Origin: a virus | Taxonomy: Duplodnaviria > Caudoviricetes | Strand: one strand, 5' to 3' | DNA: 57,157 bases | Virus record (IMG/VR): IMGVR_UViG_3300028829_000632 | Location: 1 to 57,157 of that record | Part shown: in pieces, positions 44,736-54,235 of the stretch | Position numbering within the stretch: the stretch's first letter is position 1 | Layout: each line of letters starts with the position of its first letter | The notes under the pieces: generated by a model | The model's database searches: none | What the model was told of the DNA's origin: nothing | The model's input: the letters and a program-made list of their open reading frames with translations, nothing else | Made by a program: the position numbers and the translations under genes

Positions 44736-47700
44736 AACGCTGCGATCATAAATGCGAGGAGTTCATCGTACCGGATGCCGTAACGCTCACCAGCTTCGAT
44801 GCCCGGATTGATTACGTTGCCGTTTTTATCGACTTCTTCCGGCTCTGCTTCCCATGTATCGTGGCACAGCAGCGCATAGCGTGTGGCGTCAAGACCTTCT
44901 GCCTGCCGCAAATGCCGCGATAACTTCCTGTGCAATTACGCCGACATGGATTCGTGCATCGTCGCCTTTCAACGCTACTGCGTCGTTATATTTGTATTTT
45001 TTGACAAGACCCTTGATCGCCACGGCAACGCGACGTTCTGCGTCATCGAGATCGGCAATCTGCTGTTTTTCCCGCTCGTCAGATGTATTGATCGTTCCGG
45101 TTCCAGCATAAACAACCGACCAACGATTTGCAGCGGCTCCAAGGGGCTGTACGTTGTCAGTTGCTGGGCGGACAACGCCGTTATTGACGATTCTTAAACG
45201 CTCTATGTTATTAGTGCCGATTCGGACGTAGTCATTGAAGTCGTTCCAGATGTCAATGCCGTTCGTGTTGTTGCCGTAGCCGAGGTGACCAGTGGTGGCA
45301 CCACCATCCTGTGACAGCTCAATTCGAGCGTTGTCACTTTCGGTTACATTATCTGTGTCTGCTTCCAGCGTCAGGATTGCGTTTCCAGTTGATGCTAGAT
45401 GCAGGAGTGTGCTGGGTGACGCAGTCCCAATACCGACCCTGCCGGTGGGGGCGATACGCATAGTCTCAATGTTATCTTCCTTAAAAATAACACTGTTGCC
45501 GGTATCAATAGTGATTGGATAACCGCCTATAGTATGAAGCAATAACCCTACAGATGCTCTTGTGTCGTAGGGCAAAGAAATATCGCCATATGAAGTGCTG
45601 TTAGTAGTAAACGTCCAACGAAGTGCACCAGTTGTTCCCCCACCGCCAGACTTTAACTTGATGTCAGCGTTTGTAGCATCGAGAATAATGTTGCCAGTAA
45701 CCTCCAACTTTTCCGCAGGAGAAGTAGTGCCGATACCAACGTTACCCGCGCTGGTGATACGCATACGTTCTGAGGCATTAGTCGTAAACGACATAAAATC
45801 ACTAGCATGACTGTACCGAATGATTCCGATATTTACGTCGTCAAGATCACCAAAATAAATGTAGTTACTTTGACCATTGTCAGCGACTAGATTTTCAAAA
45901 ATAGTATCTGCGCCGCCACCCGTGTCTGAAGCTCTAAGACGTATATACGCATCTCCAGAGGCTTCCTCAACTTCAAAAAGTCGGTCAGGTGTCAAAGCAC
46001 CAATACCGACATTGCCGCTGCTGTCGATGATCATCCGAGTACTATTATTATACCCACGAATCTGAAGATCGTTTTCGCTAGTGTCATAGAACAGCCCCGC
46101 ACGTACAGTATCTGCAACATCGCCAAGATATATAGCGGCATCGCCGCCACTTGGGCCGATGGTAAGCGTTTCGGCAACCGTGCCATTTTGTCTAAACCGT
46201 AGACTTGATGATCCATCTAGGACGTGAAACTTAGTTGCTGGTGACGAAGTACCAATACCGACGTTACCCGATGAGTCGATACGCATACGTTCTGTACCAA
46301 TAGCAGTTTTGAATGTTAAAAACCCATTTGATTTATGCGTACCGACTTGTAGCTCATTATCATCATGCACCCATCTGATAATTGAACCGATATTATCGCT
46401 CGGACTTCCAAAAATTAAATTTGCTTGGTTATTATCTGGCGCAAGAATACTTATGCCCGTTGCCCCGTTTGTTTCGATAACGACATCGTCGGCGTTAGCC
46501 CAAGGACTAGCCCCAGAAGAACCTGATGCTACATTTAATTTACCACTTGGCGACGATGTACCAATACCGACCAGACCCGCGCTGGTGATATGTACTAGTT
46601 CGGAAGCTAATTTTGTATCTGTACTTGCATCTCCAGAGCGTATTTGAAAACCGTTTGCATCAACAAAAAACTGAAAATCTGTTGCAGAGCCGGAAAGGTC
46701 TTCAAGGACAATGTTTGGACGAAACTGCGAAACCAAAACATTAAAATTATCCGAAGCGCCTCCAGCCGGTTGAACGTGCAATGGTGCACGAGGAGCCGAA
46801 ATACCAATACCGACATTGCCGCCAATATTTACATCACCGCTTACTGATACGTCTCCATCAAATGTAATGTCACCTGTTGCAAAAATAGTACCGCCTACTG
46901 ATACATTGCCTGCTACATCAAGTGTGCTAGCCATTGTTGCAGCACCACTAACTCTAACAGTGCTTAAGAAACCTGTAGCACCTACTACTGTAACTGTACT
47001 TAATAAATTAGTAGCGCCACCAACACTCAAGGCACCGCCGATGCTCATTGCTCCAACAACTGTCGCAGTTCCGCCGACAACTAATCCAGCACTGATTGAA
47101 ACAGTACTATCAAATGTACCAGCACCTGTTACAAACAGTGTTCCGCCAACAGATGTGTTACCTGCTACATCCAATGTACCACCAACTGTGACATTAGATT
47201 TTAAAGCAGCAGCGCCTACTACAGTAACTGTAGATGCAAATGTTGCAGCACCTGTTTGAATTAATGTACCACCAATTGATGTGTTACCTGCTACATTAAG
47301 AGTACCACTGACTGATACATTACTATCAAATGTTGCAGCACCTGTTTGAATTAATGTACCGCCAATTGATGTGTTACCTACTACAGCTAGAGTACCACCA
47401 ACATTTAAAAATCCTGATATAGAAACACTATCTGGAAGTACACCTATAGAAGCTATAACACCAGTTAGATTAGTACCGTCACCATAGAAAGCAGAAGCAG
47501 TCACATTACCAACAACATTAAGCTTACCGCTGACAGATACATCAGCAGCAAAATTACTAATACCTGTTACATTTAAAACACTTCCTACTGAAACAGAAGA
47601 AGCAGTATCAATCCTACCGCTAACTGACACATCATTACTGAATGTAGACTTACTTGTAAAAGCAGCCGTACCAGTTACAGCTAACGTACCTCCAATAGAT

Positions 47701-48227
47701 ACATTTTCATTTACATCAAGCTGACCACTGACAGACACATCACCTTCTACAACAAGCTTCCCACCTACTGTAACATTACTGACAAAAGTTGCTACACCTG
47801 TTTGAGTTAGTGTGCCACCAAGAGACGCATTACCTGCTACATTTAAAGCACCACTTACAGATGTATCACCTTTTACAACTAAGCTACCACCAACATTAGC
47901 ACTGCCAGCTACAGTAATAGAATTGACAGAGATATCGCCACCAATACTAGCAGTTAAGCCCGTAAGATTAGAACCATCTCCAAAGAAAGCAGAAGCACAG
48001 ACTCTATCACTAACAACTAAATCATTAGTAATTGTTGCTGTACCGTTTACACGTAGAGCAGTTTCAACAACTACTTGATTTGTAGCTACTTTTAATGCAG
48101 TATTAGTACCATCACCAGTTTGAACAGCAACAATAGACGTGCCAACGCCTTCGTTAGTAGTGCTACTATTAATGAGCAATAACTGCTGATATGTTCCCGA
48201 AATTAATTTACCTGTTAAATCTGTCAT
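44732..48227 (-). CDS. Long tail fibre with C-terminal intramolecular chaperone (peptidase S74), frameshifted at ~44904
   Basis: V.G..S.GG.L repeats, six G.VGIG modules, INTSDEREK..HVGVIAQE, then AEGLDA.RY...YGIRYDELLAF in another frame. Confidence 0.85.
47238..47384. repeat. ~57-bp direct repeat, 90-bp period, inside tail fibre
   Basis: AAATGTTGCAGCACCTGTTTGAATTAATGTACCRCCAATTGATGTGTTACCT twice. Confidence 0.8.
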
Positions 48228-48499
48228 ATTAGTTGCCAATACTCATCTGTTGAATCCCAAGTGGTTGCTACTTGATCCCATGTTAAATTCCTGCCGCCTG
48301 TGTCAGGTCTAGGATTACGTATAGCAGGATTGTCTCGAACATCAGGAATTTTATTCTGAGGATGGTTTTTTAAATCAAAGTTACCCTCAAAATCTGATGG
48401 ACAAACAATAAGGCCGTAGCTATTTTCTTGCATAAGTCTATGCGGATAAACCCATCCACATACATCACACATAGCTAGTGCATTTTTATTACTTGCCAT
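48224..48499 (-). CDS. Small Cys-containing virion morphogenesis protein
   Basis: A.AMCDVCG..Y......GLIVC....HPQ......PAIRNPRPD. Confidence 0.7.
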   Translation of the reverse strand: MASNKNALAMCDVCGWVYPHRLMQENSYGLIVCPSDFEGNFDLKNHPQNKIPDVRDNPAIRNPRPDTGGRNLTWDQVATTWDSTDEYWQLI

Positions 48500-48644
48500 T
48501 TTTATTATTCCAAAGCTCAAACAAAGTTTTTACTTTTTCTTTTATAATTTCTATATCACCGTGCATTTTAGCCAATACAATAATCAAAGTAATTATTCCT
48601 AAAAATACAGGCCATGATTTTATAATAGCTTCTGCTATGGTCAT
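48489..48644 (-). CDS. Small TM protein (51 aa, not in ORF track)
   Basis: WPVFLGIITLIIVLAKMH..I..IKEKVKTLFELWN; TAATG coupling. Confidence 0.6.
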   Translation of the reverse strand: MTIAEAIIKSWPVFLGIITLIIVLAKMHGDIEIIKEKVKTLFELWNNKNGK

Positions 48645-49318
48645 TAGATATACCTAAGTCTAGGTCGAACAAACATGCTTGAGCGTTCACGATCCTCCTG
48701 CATAGCTCTTGCAAGTGTTTCCTCATAATTAGTTTTTAACATGCCGATACGTTCAGAAGATACTCCTGCTCGTTTCATTGACATGTAGTAAGATAACCCT
48801 GCCGTAAGACAAGGAAAAAATCTTTTAGGTAGATCAGCGTTTTGTTCTGCGGATTTATTAATATCCTGTAGTTCGCTGATTACTTCTATCTTTAAAATGT
48901 CTGTGGAATTATCTGGAAGGGGCCAAACGGACATTACAGGATTATCTCTACTTCTACGAATAGAATACTGAGAAGGTCGTCCTGTCTGTGTTTTATTAGG
49001 TATCAATAAATACTCTTCTGATGTAATACGTGTCAACTGTAAATCAGTACTGTCTCTATTTAAAACTACTTCAAGTGCATCAATAGTATTAGAAGATAGA
49101 TTATATACTCCAGTAGAAGCTGCTACCGTTATAGAAGAAACACTCGTACTCCATAACAGTATACCACGGTTTTGCCAATCCTTCAACATAATATTAATAG
49201 AACGACGAGCAGAAGCAGGTTCATGACCGAGAGTGCTTTCGCCTCCAATCATTTCCATTGCTTCTTGAATAACCTCGTCAATATCGAGATTAAAATTATA
49301 TGTTCCTGATACAGCCAT
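48644..49318 (-). CDS. Head-tail adaptor-like protein
   Basis: SGTYNF.LDIDEVIQEA, ARRS.N....WQNRG..LW, GRPSQY, P.RF.PCL.AGL.YY. Confidence 0.75.
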   Translation of the reverse strand: MAVSGTYNFNLDIDEVIQEAMEMIGGESTLGHEPASARRSINIMLKDWQNRGILLWSTSVSSITVAASTGVYNLSSNTIDALEVVLNRDSTDLQLTRITSEEYLLIPNKTQTGRPSQYSIRRSRDNPVMSVWPLPDNSTDILKIEVISELQDINKSAEQNADLPKRFFPCLTAGLSYYMSMKRAGVSSERIGMLKTNYEETLARAMQEDRERSSMFVRPRLRYI

Positions 49319-49719
49319 TATGTTTTCCTATATCTCTTAACCTTACGCGCAATACGTTTAGGTTGTTTGGAGTATTGCTTCCCCGCAGCAGTCGCTTTTC
49401 TCTTTGTTCTCGTGGTCGCAGCATACTCTTTTGACGACAGGGCTTTGATTGCTTTCTCTGGAAGATATCTCTCCCCTGTTTTGCTGCTTGGTTTCCCTGA
49501 CTTTGTTTTCCATTTTTGCTTAGTCCACTTTGATAATTTATTAGTAGTTTTTTTCTTACCTTTATAACTTCCACCAGATTCTTTATAATACTTAACAGCA
49601 AGCTGCATAGCTCTGGCAGAATGCTTACCACCCATTTTAGCTTTAGCTCTGGCCTTTGCTCTAGCCCACTTAGCAGGGTTACGCTTGGTAGCTGTACCGG
49701 CTTTCTTTTTTACTGCCAT
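49318..49719 (-). CDS. Highly basic small protein
   Basis: SARAMQLA...YK..GG.YKG, L.KW.KQKW.TKSGKPS..TGERYLP. Confidence 0.8.
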   Translation of the reverse strand: MAVKKKAGTATKRNPAKWARAKARAKAKMGGKHSARAMQLAVKYYKESGGSYKGKKKTTNKLSKWTKQKWKTKSGKPSSKTGERYLPEKAIKALSSKEYAATTRTKRKATAAGKQYSKQPKRIARKVKRYRKT

Positions 49720-49727
49720 TGTGTGTT

Positions 49728-49880
49728 TTATTTCTTATGTATAGTTTGAACTTCAAAGCTTGCTTTTTTTGATGCACCCTTATGTGGAGCATAACCAGTA
49801 CGAGGATTTTTCATAAGTTTAAATCCTTTACCAGCTTTCATCCAGTGAAAACCTTTAGGTGCGTCTACTGCTTTTTTCAT
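49728..49880 (-). CDS. Basic micro-protein (50 aa, not in ORF track)
   Basis: MKKAVDAPKGFHWMK...LMKNP..GY.PHKGAS; GAGG RBS. Confidence 0.7.
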   Translation of the reverse strand: MKKAVDAPKGFHWMKAGKGFKLMKNPRTGYAPHKGASKKASFEVQTIHKK

Positions 49881-49881
49881 A

Positions 49882-50223
49882 TCAACCTCTTCTTTTTATG
49901 CCACGTACAAGCTTCTGAGACTTAGGGGGACTTTTTTTAGAACCGCTAGGTCCAGCCCAGAAAAGTTTATTTGCCCAGTAAGCTGCACTTGTTTTACCTT
50001 TGGCAATATTCTTACCATGTCTTGCTTTAAAAGATTTACGAGCTTCAGGAGAATAGTTATGTCCCATCTTCTGATCGCCAAACCTAATAATTTTAATACC
50101 ACCATTATTACTTACAGCAACAATACCTTTTTTAGTAGGATGATTTGGTGTACGCTTCGGTTTGTTCAGACCGCTTAATCTATAGCGTTTAAGTTTTTTC
50201 TTATCAGAATCAGATAAAGCCAT
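49882..50223 (-). CDS. Highly basic small protein
   Basis: NKPKRTP.HPTK, IIRFG, ARKSFKARH, SAAYWA. Confidence 0.8.
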   Translation of the reverse strand: MALSDSDKKKLKRYRLSGLNKPKRTPNHPTKKGIVAVSNNGGIKIIRFGDQKMGHNYSPEARKSFKARHGKNIAKGKTSAAYWANKLFWAGPSGSKKSPPKSQKLVRGIKRRG

Positions 50224-50370
50224 TATTTTTTCCTACAGTTAGTATTCTTATATTTTTCTACCATATAGTTACAAAACTCAATCCAGTACTCGTCCCAATT
50301 TTTATAATCTTTTTCTATAGGACGTTCTATATCCCAATTTATTCCTACTTTTTCAGGAAGACTATTAAAA

Positions 50371-51189
50371 TTAGTTTCCGCGAGTTTCGACACCAAAGCC
50401 TCTTTTTGCTGCACGTTTACGAACAGATGACTTTTTCTTTTTCATAGTCTTTTCTATACCGCCACCTGATCGGCTACCAAAAACATCTTCATTCATATCG
50501 TAGTCACTAAGCCCACGTTTCTTTCTATCAGCCGTAGCTCGATCACCCGCTACCTTAATAGAATCAAAAGCACGTTCTAGCATGTTCATATCTTTACGTC
50601 TATTTTTTTCAGAAAGATTGTACATCTTATCAGCATCAGGAGATGCAAAAGCTTCTGAATATTCATCAACATCTTTTTTAGATAGTGTTCCACCGCCCGG
50701 AGGAGTGGCAGCAATCATATTACCTCCAGCAGTAGGCCGTCTAGGCGGGTTAGGTTTAGACCGAGGCTGTGCTTTTCGAGTCCCTGTACCAGAAGTAGAT
50801 CGTGTTATTGGAGCATCTGAACCACGAGGAGTATTTTTTAATAAATTTGCTGCTTTAAGAACATCAGGATTCATAGCTGGTTTAGGTAAATTACGCACAG
50901 AAACAGCATCAGGATTCTTAGCTGGTTTAGGTAAATTACGCACAGAAACAGCATCAGGATTCTTAGCTGGTTTAGGTAAATTACGCACAGAAACAGCATC
51001 AGGATTCTTAGCTGGTTTAGGTAAATTACGTACAGAAACAGCATCAGGATTTTTAGCTGGAACGTCCTCGCCACCTATTCTTCTAAGCTGTCCTTGCAAT
51101 CTGGCAAGTCTATTTTTACTAGGATTTGACTTAGCTCTTTCTCTCGAAATAGCTTCTAATAAATTATCTCTTGCATTTTCTTTTGCCAT
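50371..51189 (-). CDS. Basic low-complexity protein with 15-aa repeats
   Basis: AKNPDAVSVRNLPKP x4; ends A.RGFG. Confidence 0.75.
   Translation of the reverse strand: MAKENARDNLLEAISRERAKSNPSKNRLARLQGQLRRIGGEDVPAKNPDAVSVRNLPKPAKNPDAVSVRNLPKPAKNPDAVSVRNLPKPAKNPDAVSVRNLPKPAMNPDVLKAANLLKNTPRGSDAPITRSTSGTGTRKAQPRSKPNPPRRPTAGGNMIAATPPGGGTLSKKDVDEYSEAFASPDADKMYNLSEKNRRKDMNMLERAFDSIKVAGDRATADRKKRGLSDYDMNEDVFGSRSGGGIEKTMKKKKSSVRKRAAKRGFGVETRGN
50862..51060. repeat. 45-bp tandem repeat, ~4.4 copies
   Basis: CATCAGGATT at 50862, 50907, 50952, 50997, 51042. Confidence 0.95.
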
Positions 51190-51930
51190 TTATTTGCTCC
51201 TTACGGCTCCGCCACCACGAAGAGCAGCACCGCATCCACGGCCAACACGGCCACCTTTTTTACGAATTTCAAATCCTTGTCCGCCTTCACCAGCAGTTAG
51301 GTTTCTAATTTCTTTTTCACTAATTTTACCACGGCCCGTTAAGCCCATCTTCTCAGCTACTTCTCCTTTAGGAGGAGAATACTGTCCAGTAGTAACAAGT
51401 TTAGTCTTACCATTTTTCATTCTAACAATTTTAGCTTGACCAGTTTTAATAAAGCGTCTAAGCTGCGCTCTTGAATATTGTTTTAACTCAGGGTCTAGTT
51501 GGACTTTAGAAAGAAGGTCTGTATTAACACCGCCTTCAACTTTATTACCAGCACTGTCTGTTGTAGATGTACGCCTACCTGAAGGTACTTCTCCTTCAGA
51601 CTGTTTATTTAATATTGCTCGTTGTTCTGCAACAGTTTTTTTATTAAAGTTTCTTGGACTAATACCTGTAAGTCTTTGAATTTCTCTAGCCTGTGCTTTT
51701 CCAAATTTACTGGGCTTTTTATCTGAGGGTCTCTCACCCTTAACTGTTTTAGAAACAGGTTTAGCATCTTCTTTAATCTGGGCTTTAGCTGCTTTCTTAT
51801 AAGCATCAACAGACATATCATTAGACTTAGCAGCTTTAGCAATAGCAGCATTAGCGGCTCTGCTGTTTTTACCTTTACTTGTTAAAGCTTTTAAAATAAT
51901 TCCAGATACTTTACCAGTAAGCCCTGACAT
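51190..51930 (-). CDS. Basic protein
   Basis: 246 aa K/R-rich; ends RKKGGRVGRGCGAALRGGG. Confidence 0.75.
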   Translation of the reverse strand: MSGLTGKVSGIILKALTSKGKNSRAANAAIAKAAKSNDMSVDAYKKAAKAQIKEDAKPVSKTVKGERPSDKKPSKFGKAQAREIQRLTGISPRNFNKKTVAEQRAILNKQSEGEVPSGRRTSTTDSAGNKVEGGVNTDLLSKVQLDPELKQYSRAQLRRFIKTGQAKIVRMKNGKTKLVTTGQYSPPKGEVAEKMGLTGRGKISEKEIRNLTAGEGGQGFEIRKKGGRVGRGCGAALRGGGAVRSK

Positions 51931-51932
51931 AA

Positions 51933-52130
51933 TTACTCTCCAGCTTTTTCTGTGTAAATAACTTTCTCATCCATAGAATAATCTACAACTACATTTTCAG
52001 GTTTGCCTACAACAGACGGACCCTTACGTGCAGCACCGAAACCCTGACCAGTAGGCTTACCAGTAATAGCATCAAGGTCAGCAGGATAAGCCAGCAAACT
52101 GTGCGGCCCTCTTAAATAAGTTTTCTTCAT
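51933..52130 (-). CDS. Hypothetical protein
   Basis: 65 aa; GQGFGAARKG. Confidence 0.65.
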   Translation of the reverse strand: MKKTYLRGPHSLLAYPADLDAITGKPTGQGFGAARKGPSVVGKPENVVVDYSMDEKVIYTEKAGE

Positions 52131-52348
52131 GATCTTCTCCTTCTTCCCTTTGCAGCCATCGCGGCCATTTTTTTAGCACCGTACTTTTTTCTTCCAATGT
52201 ATGCTGCTAAAGCTTTAGGGTTTCTAGCCCCACGTTTTTTTAAATTAGAAACTGTTTTTTTAAATCGTTTGCCAGAACCAAGAGGTGGCTTTTTCTTTCG
52301 ACCACCCTTAGTAACTTGCTGTCTAATGCTGGCGCGACTAGTAGCCAT
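52127..52348 (-). CDS. Highly basic small protein
   Basis: LGSGKRF...L...GA.NP.ALAAYIGRKKYG. Confidence 0.75.
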   Translation of the reverse strand: MATSRASIRQQVTKGGRKKKPPLGSGKRFKKTVSNLKKRGARNPKALAAYIGRKKYGAKKMAAMAAKGRRRRS

Positions 52349-53109
52349 TAGTCATAACAAGAAGCAATAAGACTATCACCACCACTAGCAGCTTTTACAA
52401 CACCGCCATGTTTCTTATATACCATGCCGCCCTTCTTATACTTCATCACCTGACCACCGCCCATTTTCTTGTTCATAGCTTTAGCAGAATCGGCTTCCAT
52501 CTCAGACATGCGATTGCCACGTTCTACTGCACCTTTACCAATAGGAGGAGTCGGCTTGTCCTTTGGCTTTGCATTTATTGTATCAAAATCTTTTTTAGTT
52601 ATCTTACCATCGTTATTTACATCTAGCTTCTTTTGATTACCTTTTAAAACTTGTCCGGGTTTTTTACGATAAACAATTTTACCACCAGCTTTTTTATTTG
52701 TTGCTCTACGAGCAGCAACGTTTCTTTTACGTTGTGCTACTTGTTTAGGAGTAGGAGTAAAACCTTCTAATATTTCACCTGTTTTCATATATGTAGCTAC
52801 CGCATCTTTTGGCTTTTTAGGTTTAGTAGGCATAACGCCTTTTTGCTTTCTGCGGGCCTCATCAGCCTTAACTCTTGCTCTTAAAGTATCTGCTTTATCC
52901 GCAGCCTCTAGTTTTTTTAATTTAGCTATTTCTGTTTTAGATGCAGTGTTGTTGTTAACTTTCTTTTCAAGAGCTACTTTGTTTCTAGCTCTAGGACTTA
53001 CCAAACCTTGTCCTGCTCTACCTGTGCTTGATCCTGAACCAGCAGATGGATTCTTAAGTAATTTTTTTGCAACGCCTGAAGCGCCTTTAGTAAAAAGTCT
53101 TGATACCAT
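52348..53109 (-). CDS. Basic protein with EF-hand-like loop
   Basis: LDVNNDGKITKKDF; multiple xxGG motifs at C-terminus. Confidence 0.75.
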   Translation of the reverse strand: MVSRLFTKGASGVAKKLLKNPSAGSGSSTGRAGQGLVSPRARNKVALEKKVNNNTASKTEIAKLKKLEAADKADTLRARVKADEARRKQKGVMPTKPKKPKDAVATYMKTGEILEGFTPTPKQVAQRKRNVAARRATNKKAGGKIVYRKKPGQVLKGNQKKLDVNNDGKITKKDFDTINAKPKDKPTPPIGKGAVERGNRMSEMEADSAKAMNKKMGGGQVMKYKKGGMVYKKHGGVVKAASGGDSLIASCYD

Positions 53110-53804
53110 TAGCTTGTTCCTTGTATAATTGTGTCGGGTCCGCCAGCAGGACTAGCAGCGATTTCCATATCGTCTTGTCTAGTTCTACGTGCCTGATTAC
53201 GAAGTGATGTGATTGCGTTATCATACTGTCCCTGCCAAACTGGAAGAGTAGCCCAGTCTTTCATATACATAGTGGCTTCTAACATACAACCATAGAACAA
53301 AGCATTATAGCAATACTCACTGTAATAGTTTGAAACCGTCACACTTGTACCTGTTGCCGAAGCAAGAGCTAAAGGCCGTGACGCTGTTTGAACAATACCT
53401 GACAAAGTTGATGTAGGTGTTGGTACGATGTAAATTGATCCATTCGTTTTCCGTGAATAGTAACGGGGAGTTCCTGTAGATGTAGCAATAGGCCAGTAGT
53501 CTGTAGCATACTCATAAGTTCTTAGTAACAAGTTTACCTTTGAAGAGGCTGGAACTCCAGTTACACTGACACTTGTGGTGTAATTTACATTACGAACAAT
53601 ACGCACTCGATCATTAAGTGCAATACTGGCATTAGTCGCTACATATGAAATAGCGGTATACTCATCTAAACCAACATCGTCTAAATCTTTAGTAAGACGT
53701 AGTTCTGTTTTTTCAATCAACTTAGGAATTTGATCCGCAAACTCAGTCGAATCATTCTCAGTTGTATTAATAATGTCAGTCTTCAGATAAGAATAAGAAG
53801 GCAT
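53109..53804 (-). CDS. Head-tail connector / tail tubular A-like protein
   Basis: Y..L..DI....EN, G.PRYY, VPTP, ALFYGC.LEA..YMK. Confidence 0.7.
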   Translation of the reverse strand: MPSYSYLKTDIINTTENDSTEFADQIPKLIEKTELRLTKDLDDVGLDEYTAISYVATNASIALNDRVRIVRNVNYTTSVSVTGVPASSKVNLLLRTYEYATDYWPIATSTGTPRYYSRKTNGSIYIVPTPTSTLSGIVQTASRPLALASATGTSVTVSNYYSEYCYNALFYGCMLEATMYMKDWATLPVWQGQYDNAITSLRNQARRTRQDDMEIAASPAGGPDTIIQGTS

Positions 53805-53805
53805 G

Positions 53806-54165
53806 TCAGCCTACATATAGTGTAATCGTGGGAGTCATAACGCCAGTACCTGAGTTGGCAACACTAAGCACACCATAAACACCAACACCCATATCTCCAA
53901 TATACATATCATTAGAATCTAAAGCACCAACACGATATCGAATAGCCGTACCCTTGGCAGTCTTATTGGTAATCTGATTTGCACCAGTAATTACAATCTC
54001 ACCAGCAAGAGTAGCATAAGTATGGATAGCCATAACACGAGTTGTTTGAGGAACTGGTCCACCACCATTTGCTCCAACAGTTAAATTACTGTCTACATAT
54101 CTGAAGCCATTAATAATAGCACCGTCGCTACTTACATTTTGAGCAACTTTAATATTTGTACCCAT
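53806..54165 (-). CDS. Putative head-associated structural protein
   Basis: 119 aa beta-rich, immediately after capsid gene. Confidence 0.6.
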   Translation of the reverse strand: MGTNIKVAQNVSSDGAIINGFRYVDSNLTVGANGGGPVPQTTRVMAIHTYATLAGEIVITGANQITNKTAKGTAIRYRVGALDSNDMYIGDMGVGVYGVLSVANSGTGVMTPTITLYVG

Positions 54166-54180
54166 ATTTAATTCCTTTAT

Positions 54181-54227
54181 AAATAAAGAGTCGAAGGAGA
54201 AAGCAACATTTAGCCGCTCTCTCCTTC
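54181..54227 (-). terminator. Stem-loop terminator after capsid gene
   Basis: GAAGGAGAGAGCGGC-TAAAT-GTTGCTTTCTCCTTC then T-rich. Confidence 0.6.
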
Positions 54228-54235
54228 TATCTTAA

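Noticed and set aside
41678-48227. Diversity-generating retroelement or invertase-driven fibre switching
   Set aside because: No reverse transcriptase, TR/VR pair or invertase is seen
50582-51439. Long antisense or alternate-frame ORFs (also 34456-35172, 22340-22921, 22716-23303, 54575-55129, 46816-47259)
   Set aside because: Shadows of well-supported genes, without recognisable motifs
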